64,000 nt of DNA from Histomonas meleagridis 2922-C6/04-290x (Eukaryota; Protista; Parabasalia). The stretch covers positions 1 through 64,000 of the forward strand of contig JAANOX010000132.1 of the NCBI GenBank assembly GCA_020184695.1. Direction: 5' to 3'. Positions 61,714 to 64,000 of the stretch are shown piece after piece. The notes under the pieces were generated by a model. That model was not told the DNA's origin, ran no database searches, and was given only the letters and a program-made list of their open reading frames with translations. Position 1 is the first letter of the stretch. Each line of letters opens with the position of its first letter. The translations under genes were made by a program, and so were the position numbers.

Positions 61714-63904
61714 ATGAAAGAAATTACAAATCAAAAATTCAAGAAAGAATGGGAAACGCTTTTGACAATCAAAAAAATAATTTTTGATACTGATATTGGA
61801 AATATTAATCAAATGGCCAATTTGATAATCAACAAATTTGATGAAAATAATCCAATATCTTTTAACATGATTGTTAGCCATATGGTATACTTGACCTTTA
61901 TATTAGGTATGAATTATTTTGATATATATTTGGATCTTATAAGAGAAATTGAAATTTTTGAGGAAAATAAAAAAATTAGTCCAAAAATTTTAAAAGTATT
62001 TATCAATATTCTTTTTGATAATGATACACAAGAATCAAGTTATCTTCTTGAGAAAATGGTTGAACAAAATTTGATTGAATCTAATATTATAAAAAGCAAA
62101 AAGAAGCCATATTTTGTCCATTATATGTCTGATGAAGAAATTAAAATAATGCAAAATCCAGATATTGCGTGGTTACAAATTCTAGGAAACATTGGAGAAC
62201 TGAGAAAGAACGATTGGGAACTTCAAAAGAAATATGTTAAAGAAGGAATTAATCCGAATAAAATTGCAAAAATAATCCGAAATGATAACATTGAAAAACT
62301 ACAAAAGATATCATCGCAAACAAGTTTTAATTTTAATCAAATAATTAAACCATCACTTTATGAAAGATGTTCATTTATTAATGAAGAAAATGTTTCATTA
62401 ATTAATTATGCAGCATTTTTTGGATCAGTTAAATGTTTTAAATATTTATTATTAAATAATTCTAAATTAATAAATACATTGAAGTATGCAATTGCAGGTG
62501 GAAATCTTGAAATATTTCATTTATGCGAACAAAATCATTTGTCATTTAAAGGTGCATATGAAATTGCAATTAAATTTCATCGAAATGAAATTTTTCATTA
62601 TTTACATGAAAATAAAATTTTAAAAATTAATAATATAGAAGAATTAGGTAAAATATGTGTTTTATATCATAATTATGAAATTTTTACATTTTTGATTGAA
62701 GAAGGAATGAAAATTAATGATTCAATGATAAATGAATCGGCAAAAATTGGAAATATATTTTTTATTAAATATTTCCTTAAGAAAGATTTGATTCCAAAAA
62801 ATATTTTACTTTTTTGTTCAGAATCAGGAAATATTGAACTCGTTAAATATGTTTTGGAACAAGAAGGAAAAATTGATATAAATGCTAAAAATAATGTCTT
62901 TTTAGAAATATTTCTATTTCATAATTTAATTTGGGAATTATTCGAATTATTTTATACACCTCTTATAATTGCATCTGAAAAAGGACATACAGATATCGTT
63001 AAAATACTTCTTGAGCAAAATGGAATTAATATTAATGCTAAAGATATTTATTTGTTTTGTTTGATTTTGTTTTTCTTCTTATGAAATTTCAAAATAATAT
63101 TTGGATATTCCTTTAAAGTTATGAAACTGCACTAATGAAAGCATCAAACAATGGATATATTGAAATAGCTAAATTACTTCTTAAACAAAATGGTATTGAT
63201 ATAAATGCTGGAAGTATTTGTTTCCTTTGTTTGAAGTTTGGCTAAATAATTTTTGGTTTTAAAAAAGTTATTGGAAATTGTTCAAATCGTTTTGGACTCC
63301 ATTGTTTTTTGCATCTATATATAATCACATTGAAATAGTTAAATTACTTCTTGAGCAAAATGGGATTAATATTAATGCTAAAGATTATTTGTACAAGATA
63401 TTATTTATTTTAATTTTTTTATATTTTATTTTGGAATTTGGAGAATATTGACATTATTTAGAAATTATTCAAATTATTTAGTACTGCTCTTATGTATGCA
63501 TCTCAAATTGATAATACAGACATAGTAAAATTACTTTTAGAACAAAAAGGTATCGAAATAAATGCTAAAAATATTTATTTGTTTCATATAATATTTATAT
63601 TAATAATTTGATATTTTATAATGATTTTTGGAATTTATTTTATATGTATAATACAGCATTAATATTTGCATCTGAAAATGGTCAAATAAAAATAGTAAAA
63701 ATACTTCTTGAACAAAAAAAAATTGATATTAATGTGAAAAATATTTATTTGTTATTTTATGATATTTATATTAAAAATTTGAGGCATAGTTGTAATGTTT
63801 GGTAATTATATAAACAATATGAAACAGCACTTGGAATTGCTACTAAAAATGGCTACACAGAAATAGTCAAATTATTAAAGCGAAAAATAATTAATTGGTT
63901 ATAA
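61714..63904 (+). CDS. DUF3447-like + ankyrin-repeat protein (~593 aa after removal of 24 intervening units); paralog of 53554
   Basis: Extends track ORF 61702..63084 through six arrays to the stop at 63902-63904. 2191-409=1782 nt, in frame. Confidence 0.82.
62896..63820 (+). other. 6 arrays of 17-nt intervening units in ankyrin loops
   Basis: Arrays at 62896-62952, 63046-63122, 63216-63292, 63386-63479, 63573-63649 and 63743-63820. Confidence 0.88.
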
Positions 63905-64000
63905 ATATCATAAATAAATTTGTGTGTATATTCATTTGTTTGTAAAATTATTCCGAATTATATGTTATGATATAGCTTTGATAAATTAATTTCTCATTGT

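Noticed and set aside
1-64000. CRISPR array, rRNA or tRNA genes
   Set aside because: None seen. The 20-nt periodic arrays have non-identical units inside coding loops, are not repeat-spacer CRISPR structures, and have no cas genes nearby.

Overview
AT-rich eukaryotic genomic DNA, almost certainly from a parabasalid (Trichomonas/Tritrichomonas/Histomonas-like). The evidence is BspA-type LRR surface proteins, DUF3447-like/ankyrin genes, a [2Fe-2S] ferredoxin with a short ML...R hydrogenosomal leader, and TCAY initiators plus AACGGYT motifs just upstream of ATGs. About 33 genes are supported, among them dynein-2 heavy chain, DLEC1-like, RasGAP, CDK, Trf4/PAPD5, a Pelota-like protein, Rpn12, a MATE transporter, Atg18, FANCM and V-ATPase B. 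A decayed DDE transposase and a BspA pseudogene are also present. Main result: three ankyrin-repeat genes (11331-13375 minus, 53554-57268 plus, 61714-63904 plus) look broken in the ORF track but are interrupted in a highly regular way. In the loop between repeats (consensus D-x-x-G-x-T-P-L), the codons are separated by AT-rich units of 17 nt (rarely 18 nt). These typically start RTTT/RWT and end TTT/TAT, with no GT-AG. The D-to-T distance is exactly 12+17n nt in 18 of 21 scored junctions. Removing the units by hand restores canonical ankyrin loops (e.g. KNNDGNTAL, KDDEGETAL, DRYGRTALH, KNKDGLTP) and one stop-free ORF per gene. This suggests a non-canonical micro-intron / single-codon micro-exon system, about 72 units in this window, that I do not recognise as described. 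All family assignments come from motif recognition by eye; no database search was run.
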